Translations under genes and position numbers: made by a program
Notes under the pieces: model-generated
The model's input: only the letters and a program-made list of their open reading frames with translations
Databases searched by the model: none
What the model was told of the DNA's origin: nothing
Shown here: positions 1-8,945 of the stretch, one piece after another
Numbering within the stretch: position 1 is the stretch's first letter
Layout of the letters: every line of letters begins with the position of its first letter
DNA from: Candidatus Electronema sp.
GTDB lineage: Bacteria > Desulfobacterota > Desulfobulbia > Desulfobulbales > Desulfobulbaceae
DNA length: 40,000 bases
Assembly (NCBI GenBank): GCA_026645415.1
Contig: JAPEVH010000061.1
Location: 1-40,000 of the forward strand
Direction: 5' to 3'

Positions 1-1262
1 ATAAACAACGAAGTGCGGAGAGCGTGGCTGAGGGCATTCTCGACAACCAAGGCAGCTTGATCAGCCGGGCGACCGCTGGAGCGCAAGTGCAGGTTTTCTG
101 TCCGCAGACCCCGTTCTACGCTGAATCCGGCGGACAGGTCGGCGACAGCGGCACGATGACATGGCCGGGCGGCAAGCTGACTGTGCATTCGGTCAAGGCG
201 GCTGCCGAGGGACTGGTGCTGCACAGCGGCACAATCACGCAAGGCGTGCTGAGTGCTGGTCAAGAAGTCATCTTGCAAGTGGATGAACAGCGCACGGCCA
301 CGGCCTTGAATCATACGGCCACCCACCTGCTCCACGCGGCCATGAAGCAAGTCCTTGGCAGCCATGTCAAGCAGGCAGGCTCGTTAGTTCGCGCTGACCG
401 CCTCCGCTTTGACTTCACCCATTTTTCGCCGGTCACGCCGGAGGAAATCCGGGCCATTGAGCAACTTGTGAATCAGGAAATCCGCCGCAACACACCAGTG
501 CAGACTGTGGTGCTGGCCAAAGAGCAGGCCATCGCCGAAGGTGCAACCGCTCTGTTTGGCGAGAAATACGGCGACGAGGTGCGGGTGGTGAGCATTCCCG
601 GCTTTTCCAAGGAACTTTGCGGCGGCACCCATACCGGAGCCACCGGCGACATCGGCCTGTTCAAGATTATTTCCGAAACCGGCATTGCTGCTGGTGTGCG
701 CCGGATTGAGGCGGTCACTGGCCCGGCAGCTGTTGACTGGCTGCAAAAGCTGGCTGCGCAGGCCGATGAGCTGGGCAAAATGCTTTCCGGCTCCTTTGAA
801 GATGCGCTCGTGAAAGTGCCGAACTTGCTCAAGCGGCAGAAGGAGCTGGAAAAAGAGCTGGCCGCCTTGAGCGCGGCGGCAGCGTCTTCTGATTTGGATT
901 CCTTGCTGGCAGGCGCAGTTGAGGTCAGCGGCATCAAGGTGATCAGCGGTCAGCTTAAATTAGATTCGGCCAAGACCCTGCGCGAGGTCGGCGACAAGGT
1001 GCGCGACAAGATGGGCGGCGGAGCAGCTCTGCTCGGCGGCGTGGTTGACGGCAAGGCGGCCTTGCTCGCCATTGTCAGCAAAGATTTGACCGGTAAAATC
1101 AAGGCTGGCGACATTGTGAAAGCGGCGGCGGCCATAGTTGGCGGCAAGGGCGGCGGCAGGCCGGACATGGCCCAAGCTGGCGGGCCAATGGCGGACAAGC
1201 TGCCAGAGGCAGTCAAGGCCATGCCAAAGATTGTTGCTAATTTGCTGGAGGTAGGCCGATGA
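1..1262 (+). CDS. alaS: Alanine--tRNA ligase, C-terminal ~420 aa (5' end lies outside the window)
   Basis: The frame is open from nt 3 with no stop. It contains the AlaRS editing-domain motif HTATHLLHAAMKQVLG, the zinc motif ELCGGTHTGATGDIGLFKI, and the C-terminal DHHA1-like GGKGGGRPDMAQAGG. Confidence 0.95.
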   Translation, partial: KQRSAESVAEGILDNQGSLISRATAGAQVQVFCPQTPFYAESGGQVGDSGTMTWPGGKLTVHSVKAAAEGLVLHSGTITQGVLSAGQEVILQVDEQRTATALNHTATHLLHAAMKQVLGSHVKQAGSLVRADRLRFDFTHFSPVTPEEIRAIEQLVNQEIRRNTPVQTVVLAKEQAIAEGATALFGEKYGDEVRVVSIPGFSKELCGGTHTGATGDIGLFKIISETGIAAGVRRIEAVTGPAAVDWLQKLAAQADELGKMLSGSFEDALVKVPNLLKRQKELEKELAALSAAAASSDLDSLLAGAVEVSGIKVISGQLKLDSAKTLREVGDKVRDKMGGGAALLGGVVDGKAALLAIVSKDLTGKIKAGDIVKAAAAIVGGKGGGRPDMAQAGGPMADKLPEAVKAMPKIVANLLEVGR

Positions 1263-2506
1263 TATCGGATTCACAACGGATTGTCATCACCGGCGTAGGT
1301 TTGGCTGCACCAGGCGGAGCCAGTACCTTGGCTGAGTTCCGCGAGCAAGTTTTAGCTGGACGAAGTGGCATTTCTACCTTGGAGATGCGCTACATGGGTG
1401 TGCATCCCGCAGGTCTCTGCGATTTTCCAGAAACTAAGTACCGGAAAAAGCGAGAGAACAAGCGCGGCACTCGCGCAGGCTGTCTTGGTGTCTATTGCAC
1501 TGGCGAGGCTTTGACTGATGCAGGAATTGATTTTTCGCAATACCGGCCAGAACGTACCGGGGTTTACATGGGCCTGACTGAGCACGGCACGGTAGAGACA
1601 GAGAACGAAGTCTACAACATCAGTCAGTATAACTACAACGTTGATTACTGGACGCATCACCACAACCCGCGCACCGTGCTCAACAACCCGGCGGGCGAGA
1701 TTACCATGACCTTTGGCATCACCGGGCCGCACTACTCGGTGGGTGCGGCCTGCGCCGCAGGCAATGCCGCCCTGATTCAGGGCTGTCAGATGCTCCGTTT
1801 GGACGAAGTTGATCTAGCTCTCTGCGGCGGCCTGTCTGAATGCACCGGCTCGTTCGGCATCTTTGCTAGCTTCCGCGCCCAAGGTGCCTTGGCTGAACAC
1901 ACCGATCCAACCAAAGCCAGCCGACCCTTTGATCAGGAGCGGAACGGCATAGTCATTTCCGAAGGCGGCTGCGTTTTTGTGCTCGAGCGCATGGACAAGG
2001 CGATGGCGAGAGGGGCAAAAATCTATGCTGAGATTGTCGGCTATGCCATGAACTCAGATGCCCGCGATTTTGTCTTGCCCTACGGCCCCCGGCAAGCCGA
2101 GTGCATCCGTCTTGCTCTTGATCGGGCTGGGCTGCGTTCAGCGGATATCGACCTGATTAACACCCATGCCACTGGCACTAAGCAGGGTGATATCGAGGAA
2201 TGTCGCGCCATTGCCGATGTCTTTGCCGATTGCGAAAACCTGCGGGTTAACAACACCAAGTCAATTATTGGTCATGCGATGGGGGCCGCAGGAGTTTTGG
2301 AGCTGGCCGCCAATCTGCCCGCCTTTACAGACGGTTTGGCCCATCCAACCATCAACCTTGATCAGCTCGATTCCGACTGTGCCTTACCCGGTTTGGTCGT
2401 TGGAAAACCGGAAAAGTTGCCCCGCGCTGAGACTATCCTCAACAACTCCTTTGGCATGGTGGGGATAAATTCTACCCTCATCGTTAAGAGAGTATTGGCA
2501 GAATAG
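1259..2506 (+). CDS. Beta-ketoacyl-ACP synthase, elongating KAS I/II family (divergent FabF/FabB-like)
   Basis: 415 aa. The Cys-His-His triad sits in conserved contexts (SVGAACAAGNAA, INTHATGTKQGD, SIIGHAMGAAG), with an N-terminal IVITGVG. Its ATG overlaps the alaS stop (ATGA at 1259-1262). Confidence 0.85.
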   Translation: MISDSQRIVITGVGLAAPGGASTLAEFREQVLAGRSGISTLEMRYMGVHPAGLCDFPETKYRKKRENKRGTRAGCLGVYCTGEALTDAGIDFSQYRPERTGVYMGLTEHGTVETENEVYNISQYNYNVDYWTHHHNPRTVLNNPAGEITMTFGITGPHYSVGAACAAGNAALIQGCQMLRLDEVDLALCGGLSECTGSFGIFASFRAQGALAEHTDPTKASRPFDQERNGIVISEGGCVFVLERMDKAMARGAKIYAEIVGYAMNSDARDFVLPYGPRQAECIRLALDRAGLRSADIDLINTHATGTKQGDIEECRAIADVFADCENLRVNNTKSIIGHAMGAAGVLELAANLPAFTDGLAHPTINLDQLDSDCALPGLVVGKPEKLPRAETILNNSFGMVGINSTLIVKRVLAE

Positions 2507-2571
2507 GTGGACTGTGGTAATTTTTTTGTTTTCTGCCTTTTGACAAAATAAGTCCTAGAACAATGCGTAAC

Positions 2572-2601
2572 GGCAGGCTACTTGCCTGCCTTTTTGTTTT
2601 T
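2572..2601 (+). terminator. Rho-independent terminator after the KAS gene
   Basis: A 7-bp GC-rich stem, GGCAGGC (2572-2578) / GCCTGCC (2584-2590), has a 5-nt loop and is followed by TTTTTGTTTTT (2591-2601). Confidence 0.6.
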
Positions 2602-2657
2602 CGCGCTATCTTCCTGTAACTTTATACTTTTAAGTTTCACCTTAAAGAAAATGATCA

Positions 2658-4805
2658 ATGAGAATTACAATAGCTTACAATCTTCGAACCGATGATACGG
2701 AAGCAACTGCTGAACTCTTAACTGAGGAGGACATTAGCAGAATATCCAATGCCATTAGTAGTCTTCAGCATACAGTAACAGTTGTTGAAGTCTCTGGTAA
2801 ACCAAATGATGTGATTGAACGCCTTATTGAAAGTGAACCTGATCTTGTATTTAATCTGGCAGAAGGGACTATCGGCAGTTCCCGTGAGGCATTTTACCCA
2901 GGATTGTACGAGCAAATGGGTATCCCCTTCACCGGCGGCAATGCATCGCTGCTTCATCTTAATCTTGATAAACATCTTGCTAAAACTGTTTTGGCATCAT
3001 ACGGAATCAGCGTTCCAAAGGGTATATTAATTATCGAGAAGGAACAAAAAATACCCGACAATTTACAATATCCGCTTATAATAAAACCAAATTCAGAAGG
3101 ATCAAGCAAAGGTATTACACAGAATTCTGTTGTTGAATCGCATGATCAGGCACAGGAAAGAATAAACAGTCTTTTAAAAAATTATCCAGCAGGGCTTGTG
3201 GTTGAAGAATTTATAGAAGGTCGTGAATTAAGCATTCCATTTCTTGAAAGCTTTCCTGGTAAGCTGCTTGACATCGTTGAACACACTTTTGACATGGATA
3301 CGATTGATGGCAAATATAATATCTATGACTACGACATGAAGCAAGGAGGAAAAGGGGCAGAAGCAATCAATGTTGTTTGTCCTGCCAAAATTACCCCTCA
3401 TGAAGAAAAAGCTGTCATAAAAATGGCCCGTGAGGTTTTTGATATCATGTCATGCCCTGACCTTGGGCGGGTAGATATTCGATTGCATACAAACGGGCAA
3501 CCATATTTTATTGAACTTAATCCCCTGCCAAGCCTGCATCCAAATGCCTCCCTTATGACGGCTGCTAGATCGCGCGGTCTCGAATTCAGAGATGTCATGA
3601 GGTTACTCATACGCTCTGCCGCTCGCCGATATGGTCTTGCAATCAAGCAACCCCAAAAAGGTGGATTTACATCAGGTACCTCACGGCCTACCGCCAGAGA
3701 ACTTGGAATTCAAATTGGCCGAATGAGTTCAGGGATCCATAATGCAATCACAGATGTTAAGGGCGTTCGGGTCGGCCATTTCACCAAGATAGAAGATAAC
3801 ATTTCAATTCCCGGAGGGACAGAAAAAAGCTCCATACGTACTGGTATTACAGCCATAATGCCTGCTGGCCAGGCTTATGCCAATCGGATTGCTGCTGGCG
3901 GCTTTATACTCAATGGTGTTGGAGAAATGGCTGGACTTACCCAAGTTTTTGAAACAGGTTGGCTGGAGACACCTATTCTTCTTACAAATTCACATTCAGT
4001 TGGTCGGGTTCATGCTGGCGTTGTCAATCATCTGCTTAAAAAATATCCGCATCTTGGAACCGAAACTGATGTGGTTCTGCCTGTAGTTGGTGAAGCCGAC
4101 GATTCTTTTCTCAACGATATACGAGTTGGATATTGCTCGGCACAAGATACCATTAAGGCTATAGAGTCGGCAGCATCAGGACCAGTAATGCAAGGCTCCA
4201 TTGGCGCTGGTACAGGTATGACCAGTTTTGATTTTGCCGGGGGAATAGGTACTTCTTCACGTATCCTAGACCTTTCGGGAAAGAATACATTTACAATTGG
4301 TGTGCTTGTCCTTTCAAACTTTGGCAAGATGCGAAATCTTACTATTGATGGAGGCGTTGTTGGCAGGCAATTAGACAAAGAATTCGATCCAACTATCCGT
4401 CGGGAAGTATCAGAAGGATCAATCATTGTTGTTGTTGCCACTGATATACCACTCATAAACAGTCAGCTTAATCGTGTGGCCAAACGAGCTGCTCTCGGAC
4501 TTGGCCGAACCGGTTCGTATGCTGCTTCAACCAGTGGCGAAATTGTTATTGCTTTTAGTACAGGTAACCGCAAGCCTCGAAAGATCGTTTCTGACAGCAG
4601 CTTTTTAACGTTAAAATGTATTTCCGATAATCATATAAATCTGGTGTATGAGGCTGTCGTAGAAGCAACTGAAGAGGCAGTAATTAATGCCATTTTTTGC
4701 TCTAATGGAATGAATGGGCGCAAACAACGCTGGTGCCCACCTGTTCCGCAAGAACGAATCATTGAATTATTAAATAAAGGAAGAACAATTCATGAAAGTA
4801 ATTGA
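2658..4805 (+). CDS. Fusion protein: N-terminal D-Ala--D-Ala-ligase-family ATP-grasp domain plus C-terminal DmpA/peptidase-S58 (P1 family, Ntn-hydrolase-type aminopeptidase) domain
   Basis: 715 aa. Ddl-like motifs occupy aa 1-330: LAEGTIGSSREAFYPGLYEQMGIPFTGG, PLIIKPNSEGSSKG, EEFIEGRELSIPF, GRVDIRLHTNGQPYFIELNPLPS. DmpA-family motifs occupy aa ~345-700: NAITDVKGVRVGHFT, GSIGAGTGM, and EG|SIIVVVATDIPL, where Gly587/Ser588 (nt 4416-4421) is at the position of the DmpA autoprocessing site. Confidence 0.8.
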   Translation: MRITIAYNLRTDDTEATAELLTEEDISRISNAISSLQHTVTVVEVSGKPNDVIERLIESEPDLVFNLAEGTIGSSREAFYPGLYEQMGIPFTGGNASLLHLNLDKHLAKTVLASYGISVPKGILIIEKEQKIPDNLQYPLIIKPNSEGSSKGITQNSVVESHDQAQERINSLLKNYPAGLVVEEFIEGRELSIPFLESFPGKLLDIVEHTFDMDTIDGKYNIYDYDMKQGGKGAEAINVVCPAKITPHEEKAVIKMAREVFDIMSCPDLGRVDIRLHTNGQPYFIELNPLPSLHPNASLMTAARSRGLEFRDVMRLLIRSAARRYGLAIKQPQKGGFTSGTSRPTARELGIQIGRMSSGIHNAITDVKGVRVGHFTKIEDNISIPGGTEKSSIRTGITAIMPAGQAYANRIAAGGFILNGVGEMAGLTQVFETGWLETPILLTNSHSVGRVHAGVVNHLLKKYPHLGTETDVVLPVVGEADDSFLNDIRVGYCSAQDTIKAIESAASGPVMQGSIGAGTGMTSFDFAGGIGTSSRILDLSGKNTFTIGVLVLSNFGKMRNLTIDGGVVGRQLDKEFDPTIRREVSEGSIIVVVATDIPLINSQLNRVAKRAALGLGRTGSYAASTSGEIVIAFSTGNRKPRKIVSDSSFLTLKCISDNHINLVYEAVVEATEEAVINAIFCSNGMNGRKQRWCPPVPQERIIELLNKGRTIHESN

Positions 4806-5802
4806 GAAATATAACGACAGTCTGCATAACCCCTATTGGAAGTATCAGCTTGGACCAGAAGCCTATGAGGTGAAAGATACGCCAAAGCGCGTTGAATCTA
4901 TCAAGAAGTCGCTTCACTCTGATGAGCAGTTTCAATTTCTTACTGCAAAACCCTTTCCAGAACGATTCATCACTCGCCTGCATCCCTATCACGATTATAT
5001 TAAGAACACAGCATTGTCTTTGCAAAACGATGAAGAGGAATTCTATCCCGATCTTTTTCCCGGCGAGGGTGCCCATCTTAGGAAGAAATCTGATTCACCA
5101 CTCTGGGGCGGAATCTGGTGTACAGATGCGGTAACACCCATTAAAAGAAAAACCTATGAAGTAGCGCGGGCCTCTGCTGAAACGGCCTTGACAGGTGCTG
5201 AATTGATTCGAGATGGCCTTGAAAAAACGGTATATGCCCTGTGCAGACCTTCCGGGCATCATGCAGGGCCGCGTGTATTTGGCGGCTACTGCTACTTTAA
5301 CAATGTGGCTACAGCGGCCGAGTATCTATTACCTGAAGGTAAAGTAGCAATAGTAGATATAGATTATCACCATGGAAACGGAACGCAGGAGTTTTTTGAT
5401 GAGATAAAATCTGTATTTACCGCATCTATTCATGGTGCCCCTGATGATGAATATCCGTATTTTTGGGGCTATGCCGACGAAAAAGGCAAAGGCCAGGCTG
5501 TCGGGACAAATTATAATGAGCCGTTACCCAAAGGTACACAACTGGAACAATACAGCGCAGCCTTAGATCGTATTTTTTCTGAAATTCGTAAGTTTAATCC
5601 TGCATACCTTATTATTGCCGCCGGTTTTGACACTCATGAAATGGATCCGATAGGTGGTTTTAAACTTCGCACGGAAGATTACTTTGCAATAGGCAAACAA
5701 TTTCAGTCTCTGGGAATACCCACATTGGTATGCCAAGAAGGTGGTTATAACATTGATGTTCTTGGAGAGTGTGTGAAGAATTTTCTTCTTGGACTGATAT
5801 AA
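4792..5802 (+). CDS. Histone-deacetylase-superfamily amidohydrolase (acetylpolyamine amidohydrolase / AcuC-like)
   Basis: 336 aa with the full catalytic set: RPSGHHAG, DIDYHHGNGTQ, AAGFDTHEMDP, QEGGY. AAGGAAG lies 8 nt upstream of the ATG. The start overlaps the upstream gene by 14 nt. Confidence 0.85.
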   Translation: MKVIEKYNDSLHNPYWKYQLGPEAYEVKDTPKRVESIKKSLHSDEQFQFLTAKPFPERFITRLHPYHDYIKNTALSLQNDEEEFYPDLFPGEGAHLRKKSDSPLWGGIWCTDAVTPIKRKTYEVARASAETALTGAELIRDGLEKTVYALCRPSGHHAGPRVFGGYCYFNNVATAAEYLLPEGKVAIVDIDYHHGNGTQEFFDEIKSVFTASIHGAPDDEYPYFWGYADEKGKGQAVGTNYNEPLPKGTQLEQYSAALDRIFSEIRKFNPAYLIIAAGFDTHEMDPIGGFKLRTEDYFAIGKQFQSLGIPTLVCQEGGYNIDVLGECVKNFLLGLI

Positions 5803-5920
5803 CAACATGATATGGCGCAGGTATTTTCAATGACGAAACAGTGAACAAAGCTCATGTAATTTATTGTATTTTTTAATTATACTGATTAACAACGTATTTT
5901 TTTGCTGAGGAGCAAGAAGC

Positions 5921-6172
5921 ATGACCCGTGATGACATTAAAGAAGTAATCCTTGAAATTATTAAGGATATAGATGAAGAGGCTGAGTTTAGCGATCTTGA
6001 TGACGACAAGCCACTCCGTGATCAACTTGATCTTGACTCTATGGATTTCCTCGACATTGTTATGGAGCTACGCAAACGTTACAAGCTCCAAATCCCAGAG
6101 GAGGATTATCCGCAGCTTGCCACTCTGATGAGCTGCGTCAACTACCTTGAACCCAAGCTCAAGGATGCCTGA
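5921..6172 (+). CDS. Stand-alone acyl/aminoacyl carrier protein (phosphopantetheine-attachment type)
   Basis: 83 aa and acidic. The carrier-protein serine motif is QLDLDSMDFLDIVMEL. GAGGAG precedes the ATG. It differs from canonical AcpP (DSLD). Confidence 0.8.
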   Translation: MTRDDIKEVILEIIKDIDEEAEFSDLDDDKPLRDQLDLDSMDFLDIVMELRKRYKLQIPEEDYPQLATLMSCVNYLEPKLKDA

Positions 6173-6247
6173 ACGCAGGCCGGTCTGACAGCTTTCTCCT
6201 GTTGAAAGCAAGAAGACCCGGTAGCTTCAGCATCCTATTTCCCTATC

Positions 6248-7624
6248 ATGGCTGACTATCAGCTCATCATTATTGGCGGCGGGCTGGCTGGCCTAGCCGC
6301 CGGTATTCGCGCCGCGCGCTTTGGCCTCAAACCACTGATTATCGAACAACACAGCCTGCCTGGTGGCCTGAATTCTTACTATTTCCGCCAAGGCCATTTG
6401 CTGGAAACAGGCTTACATGCAATGACTAACTTTGCTCCGCCCGGAGTAAAGCACGCGCCATTGAATCGCCTTTTTCGTCAGCTCCAGCTCTCTCGCAAAG
6501 AGTTCGTCACCCATGAGCAGCTTGAGTCGGAGGTATTTTTTCCCCAAGCCAGTCTTCGTTTCTCTAACAATCTTGACTTGCTCTACGAGGAAATCGCGGC
6601 GCGCTTCCCAATGTCTATTGACCGATTTCGAGCCGTGGTCAAAGAGGTAAAGGCATATAATCCTTTTGCCGAGGTGCCTTGGCGTTCCGCCCGAACCTTC
6701 CTTCGCAGCCGTCTCGGTGAACCTTTGCTTGAAGACATGCTGCTCCTGCCGTTGATGGTTTATGGCAATGCCGAAGAAGACGATATGGATCTGGGCCAGT
6801 TTGCGATTATGTTCCAAGCGGTGTTTCTGGAAGGCTTTTTCCGCCCCAAAGGCACGATCAAGGATTTGCTGGAACTGCTGCTGGCTCAGTACCGTCACTT
6901 TGGTGGCGAAATTCGCTTTCGTAGTTCTGTGACGCAAATTCTCAGCATTGGTGATCGCGTTCAAGGTATCCGCCTGCAAAATGGCGAAGAGCTACTTGCT
7001 GATGCAGTGCTATCGACTGCAGGAATTCCTGGCACCGCTGAAATGAGCGGCTGGTCGCTCGAAGAGAGTCGTTATATTGGTAAAATGAGCTTTATGGAGA
7101 CCATCTATCTGCTGCCAGAACTGAGTCTGCCGCCGGAACATAGGGCTAAAACCATCATCTTTTATAATCTGAACAACGAGTTGGTTTATCATCGCCCGAC
7201 TGAACCCATTGATTCTTCATGGGGAGTTATTTGCTTTCCCGGTAATTTTCATGATTTACCAAAAAACAGCCCTGTGCAGGTACGAGTGACGAATGCCGCC
7301 AACTACGACCACTGGCAGCAGATCACACCAGAAGAATATCTTCAGCTCAAGGAAAAATGTGGTCAGCAAACGTCCACCGCAGTGAGTAAAATTCTTGGAG
7401 ACTACAATCAAAATGCAGTCTTTCACGATAGCTTCACTCCGACCACGATTGAGCGTTATACTGGTAAACGAGCCGGTGCGGTTTATGGTAGCCCAGTGAA
7501 AATCAAAAGTGGCAAAACCCCTTGGAAAAATTTGTTTATTGCTGGTACTGATCAAGGCTATCTTGGTATTGTCGGGGCAATGTTGAGCGGCGTGACTATT
7601 GTCAATCAGCATCTGCTGAGGTGA
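6248..7624 (+). CDS. FAD/NAD(P)-dependent oxidoreductase, phytoene-desaturase (CrtI/COG1233)-like
   Basis: 458 aa. The N-terminal Rossmann dinucleotide motif is IIIGGGLAGLAAGIRAARFG...IEQHSLPGG. The C-terminal FIAGTDQGYLGIVGAMLSG is typical of the amine-oxidase/CrtI fold. Confidence 0.75.
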   Translation: MADYQLIIIGGGLAGLAAGIRAARFGLKPLIIEQHSLPGGLNSYYFRQGHLLETGLHAMTNFAPPGVKHAPLNRLFRQLQLSRKEFVTHEQLESEVFFPQASLRFSNNLDLLYEEIAARFPMSIDRFRAVVKEVKAYNPFAEVPWRSARTFLRSRLGEPLLEDMLLLPLMVYGNAEEDDMDLGQFAIMFQAVFLEGFFRPKGTIKDLLELLLAQYRHFGGEIRFRSSVTQILSIGDRVQGIRLQNGEELLADAVLSTAGIPGTAEMSGWSLEESRYIGKMSFMETIYLLPELSLPPEHRAKTIIFYNLNNELVYHRPTEPIDSSWGVICFPGNFHDLPKNSPVQVRVTNAANYDHWQQITPEEYLQLKEKCGQQTSTAVSKILGDYNQNAVFHDSFTPTTIERYTGKRAGAVYGSPVKIKSGKTPWKNLFIAGTDQGYLGIVGAMLSGVTIVNQHLLR

Positions 7625-7636
7625 GTTGATTGCGAC

Positions 7637-7867
7637 AAGTGTGCTTAGGCCGATAGGGGACCGAGAAAATTGGGGAACGGTACTTCTTGCTGCCTCTGTA
7701 GCCATTGCGGTAATTTTATTGCGTTGCATCAGTCTTCGATTGATTTCACCAAGCAATGGAAAGGAGGTGTTTATGAAGAAAACATTATTCTTTAGTGCTA
7801 TCTTTGAAACAACATAGGCTGTCGGAGTCAGCATAGTTGCCGGACACCTCTCGGCCTAAGCGCACTT
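7637..7867. repeat. 17-bp inverted repeat pair (7637-7653 / 7851-7867) enclosing ~197 nt of intergenic sequence
   Basis: AAGTGTGCTTAGGCCGA pairs with the reverse complement of TCGGCCTAAGCGCACTT. There is one mismatch, which would be a G-U pair in + strand RNA. The right arm is followed by a run of T (to 7872). Confidence 0.5.
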
Positions 7868-7878
7868 TTTTTGTGATC

Positions 7879-8250
7879 ATGGAATACAACGAAATAGCAA
7901 AGGCATGTGAAGGCTTGAGCTACAGGGATAAATTCCGTCTTGCGCAATTCCTTATTCAAATGGCGAGAAAGGAAGAGGAACTTCAGAATCCGCAGAGCAG
8001 AATCGGTGTCAGTAAAGATGAAAACTGCAAAGATACTGCCGTTTCTGAAAGCAATTCGATAGAATATGTTATGGAACGGATTGGCAAGCTGCGGCCCGGC
8101 AAAAAGAAAACTCTGCTGAATTCAATTCAAGCAATGTATCAATTCCAAGGGGGTATTTCTGAAAAAGATCAGGAGACGATTATTGCTGAACTGCAAGAGA
8201 GGAAATTTTTGCGAATCGAATCGGAGAACCGAGTTGTTTACTTGCGATAA
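7879..8250 (+). CDS. Hypothetical protein (123 aa from ATG 7879; the ORF track extends to a TTG at 7837)
   Basis: Open frame with no recognisable motif and no clear SD. It is tightly followed by the next gene (2-nt gap). Confidence 0.45.
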   Translation: MEYNEIAKACEGLSYRDKFRLAQFLIQMARKEEELQNPQSRIGVSKDENCKDTAVSESNSIEYVMERIGKLRPGKKKTLLNSIQAMYQFQGGISEKDQETIIAELQERKFLRIESENRVVYLR

Positions 8251-8252
8251 AA

Positions 8253-8933
8253 ATGACAGGAAAAGTCATGCGTAGTCAAGGAACGCTGACCTCTTGGAAT
8301 GACGAAAGAGGATTTGGTTTTATTGCTCCTGATGATGGCAGCAGACAAGTTTTTGTTCACATCAACGCATTCAATAATCGTGGTCTGCGGCCAGAGATCA
8401 ACCAATTGCTGCGCTATACTTTGTCTTCCGACAGCAAGGGACGGCCATGTGCAGAGAATGTTTTATTTGCTGACGAGCGGCGCAGACGTGGCATTGGATC
8501 GTTCGCTGTTGCATTGCTGTTTTTTGCAGTTCTTGCTGTTGCATCTTTTCATCTGAATAAAATTCCTCGCTTGATTTTTTGGTTGTATGTCTTTGTCAGC
8601 CTACTTTCATTTCTTATGTATGCAAAAGACAAATCAGCAGCAAAGAAAGGAAGCTGGCGCACTCCAGAAAGCACCCTGCATCTGCTTTCGCTGTTCTGCG
8701 GCTGGCCGGGCGCATTGATTGCCCAGCAGATCTTGCGGCATAAATCAAAAAAGCAATCATTCCGTTTCGTATTCTGGATAACCGTTTTGCTGAACTGCGC
8801 CGCATTCGTATTGCTGTTCATTCCAGAAGTGTCTGTTGAAATGCAATATTGGCTTGATGTCAAACTAAAATTCTGGATAAGCAACACGGCGAAGCCGCTT
8901 GTTGTCAGCTTGTTGAATTTGTTTGAAAAGTGA
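8253..8933 (+). CDS. Cold-shock-domain / DUF1294 membrane protein
   Basis: The N-terminus has CSD RNP motifs (GTLTSWNDERGFGFIAPDDGSRQVFVHINAF). The C-terminus has hydrophobic helices and the DUF1294-type motif YAKDKSAAKKGSWRTPESTLHLLSLFCGWPGALIAQQILRHKSKK. Confidence 0.8.
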   Translation: MTGKVMRSQGTLTSWNDERGFGFIAPDDGSRQVFVHINAFNNRGLRPEINQLLRYTLSSDSKGRPCAENVLFADERRRRGIGSFAVALLFFAVLAVASFHLNKIPRLIFWLYVFVSLLSFLMYAKDKSAAKKGSWRTPESTLHLLSLFCGWPGALIAQQILRHKSKKQSFRFVFWITVLLNCAAFVLLFIPEVSVEMQYWLDVKLKFWISNTAKPLVVSLLNLFEK

Positions 8934-8945
8934 TTTAATTTCTAT

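Noticed and set aside
384-937. Two long antisense ORFs (120 and 154 aa) inside alaS.
   Set aside because: They lie opposite a gene with unmistakable AlaRS motifs. They are low-complexity and Ala/Ser/Pro-rich, as expected for the antisense of GC-rich coding DNA. They have no SD.
2541-2657. A sigma70 promoter for the ATP-grasp fusion operon, based on TTGACA at 2544-2549 and TATACT at 2624-2629.
   Set aside because: TTGACA lies upstream of the terminator with no properly spaced -10 box. TATACT has no convincing -35 at 16-18 nt. I could not support a specific promoter call from sequence alone.
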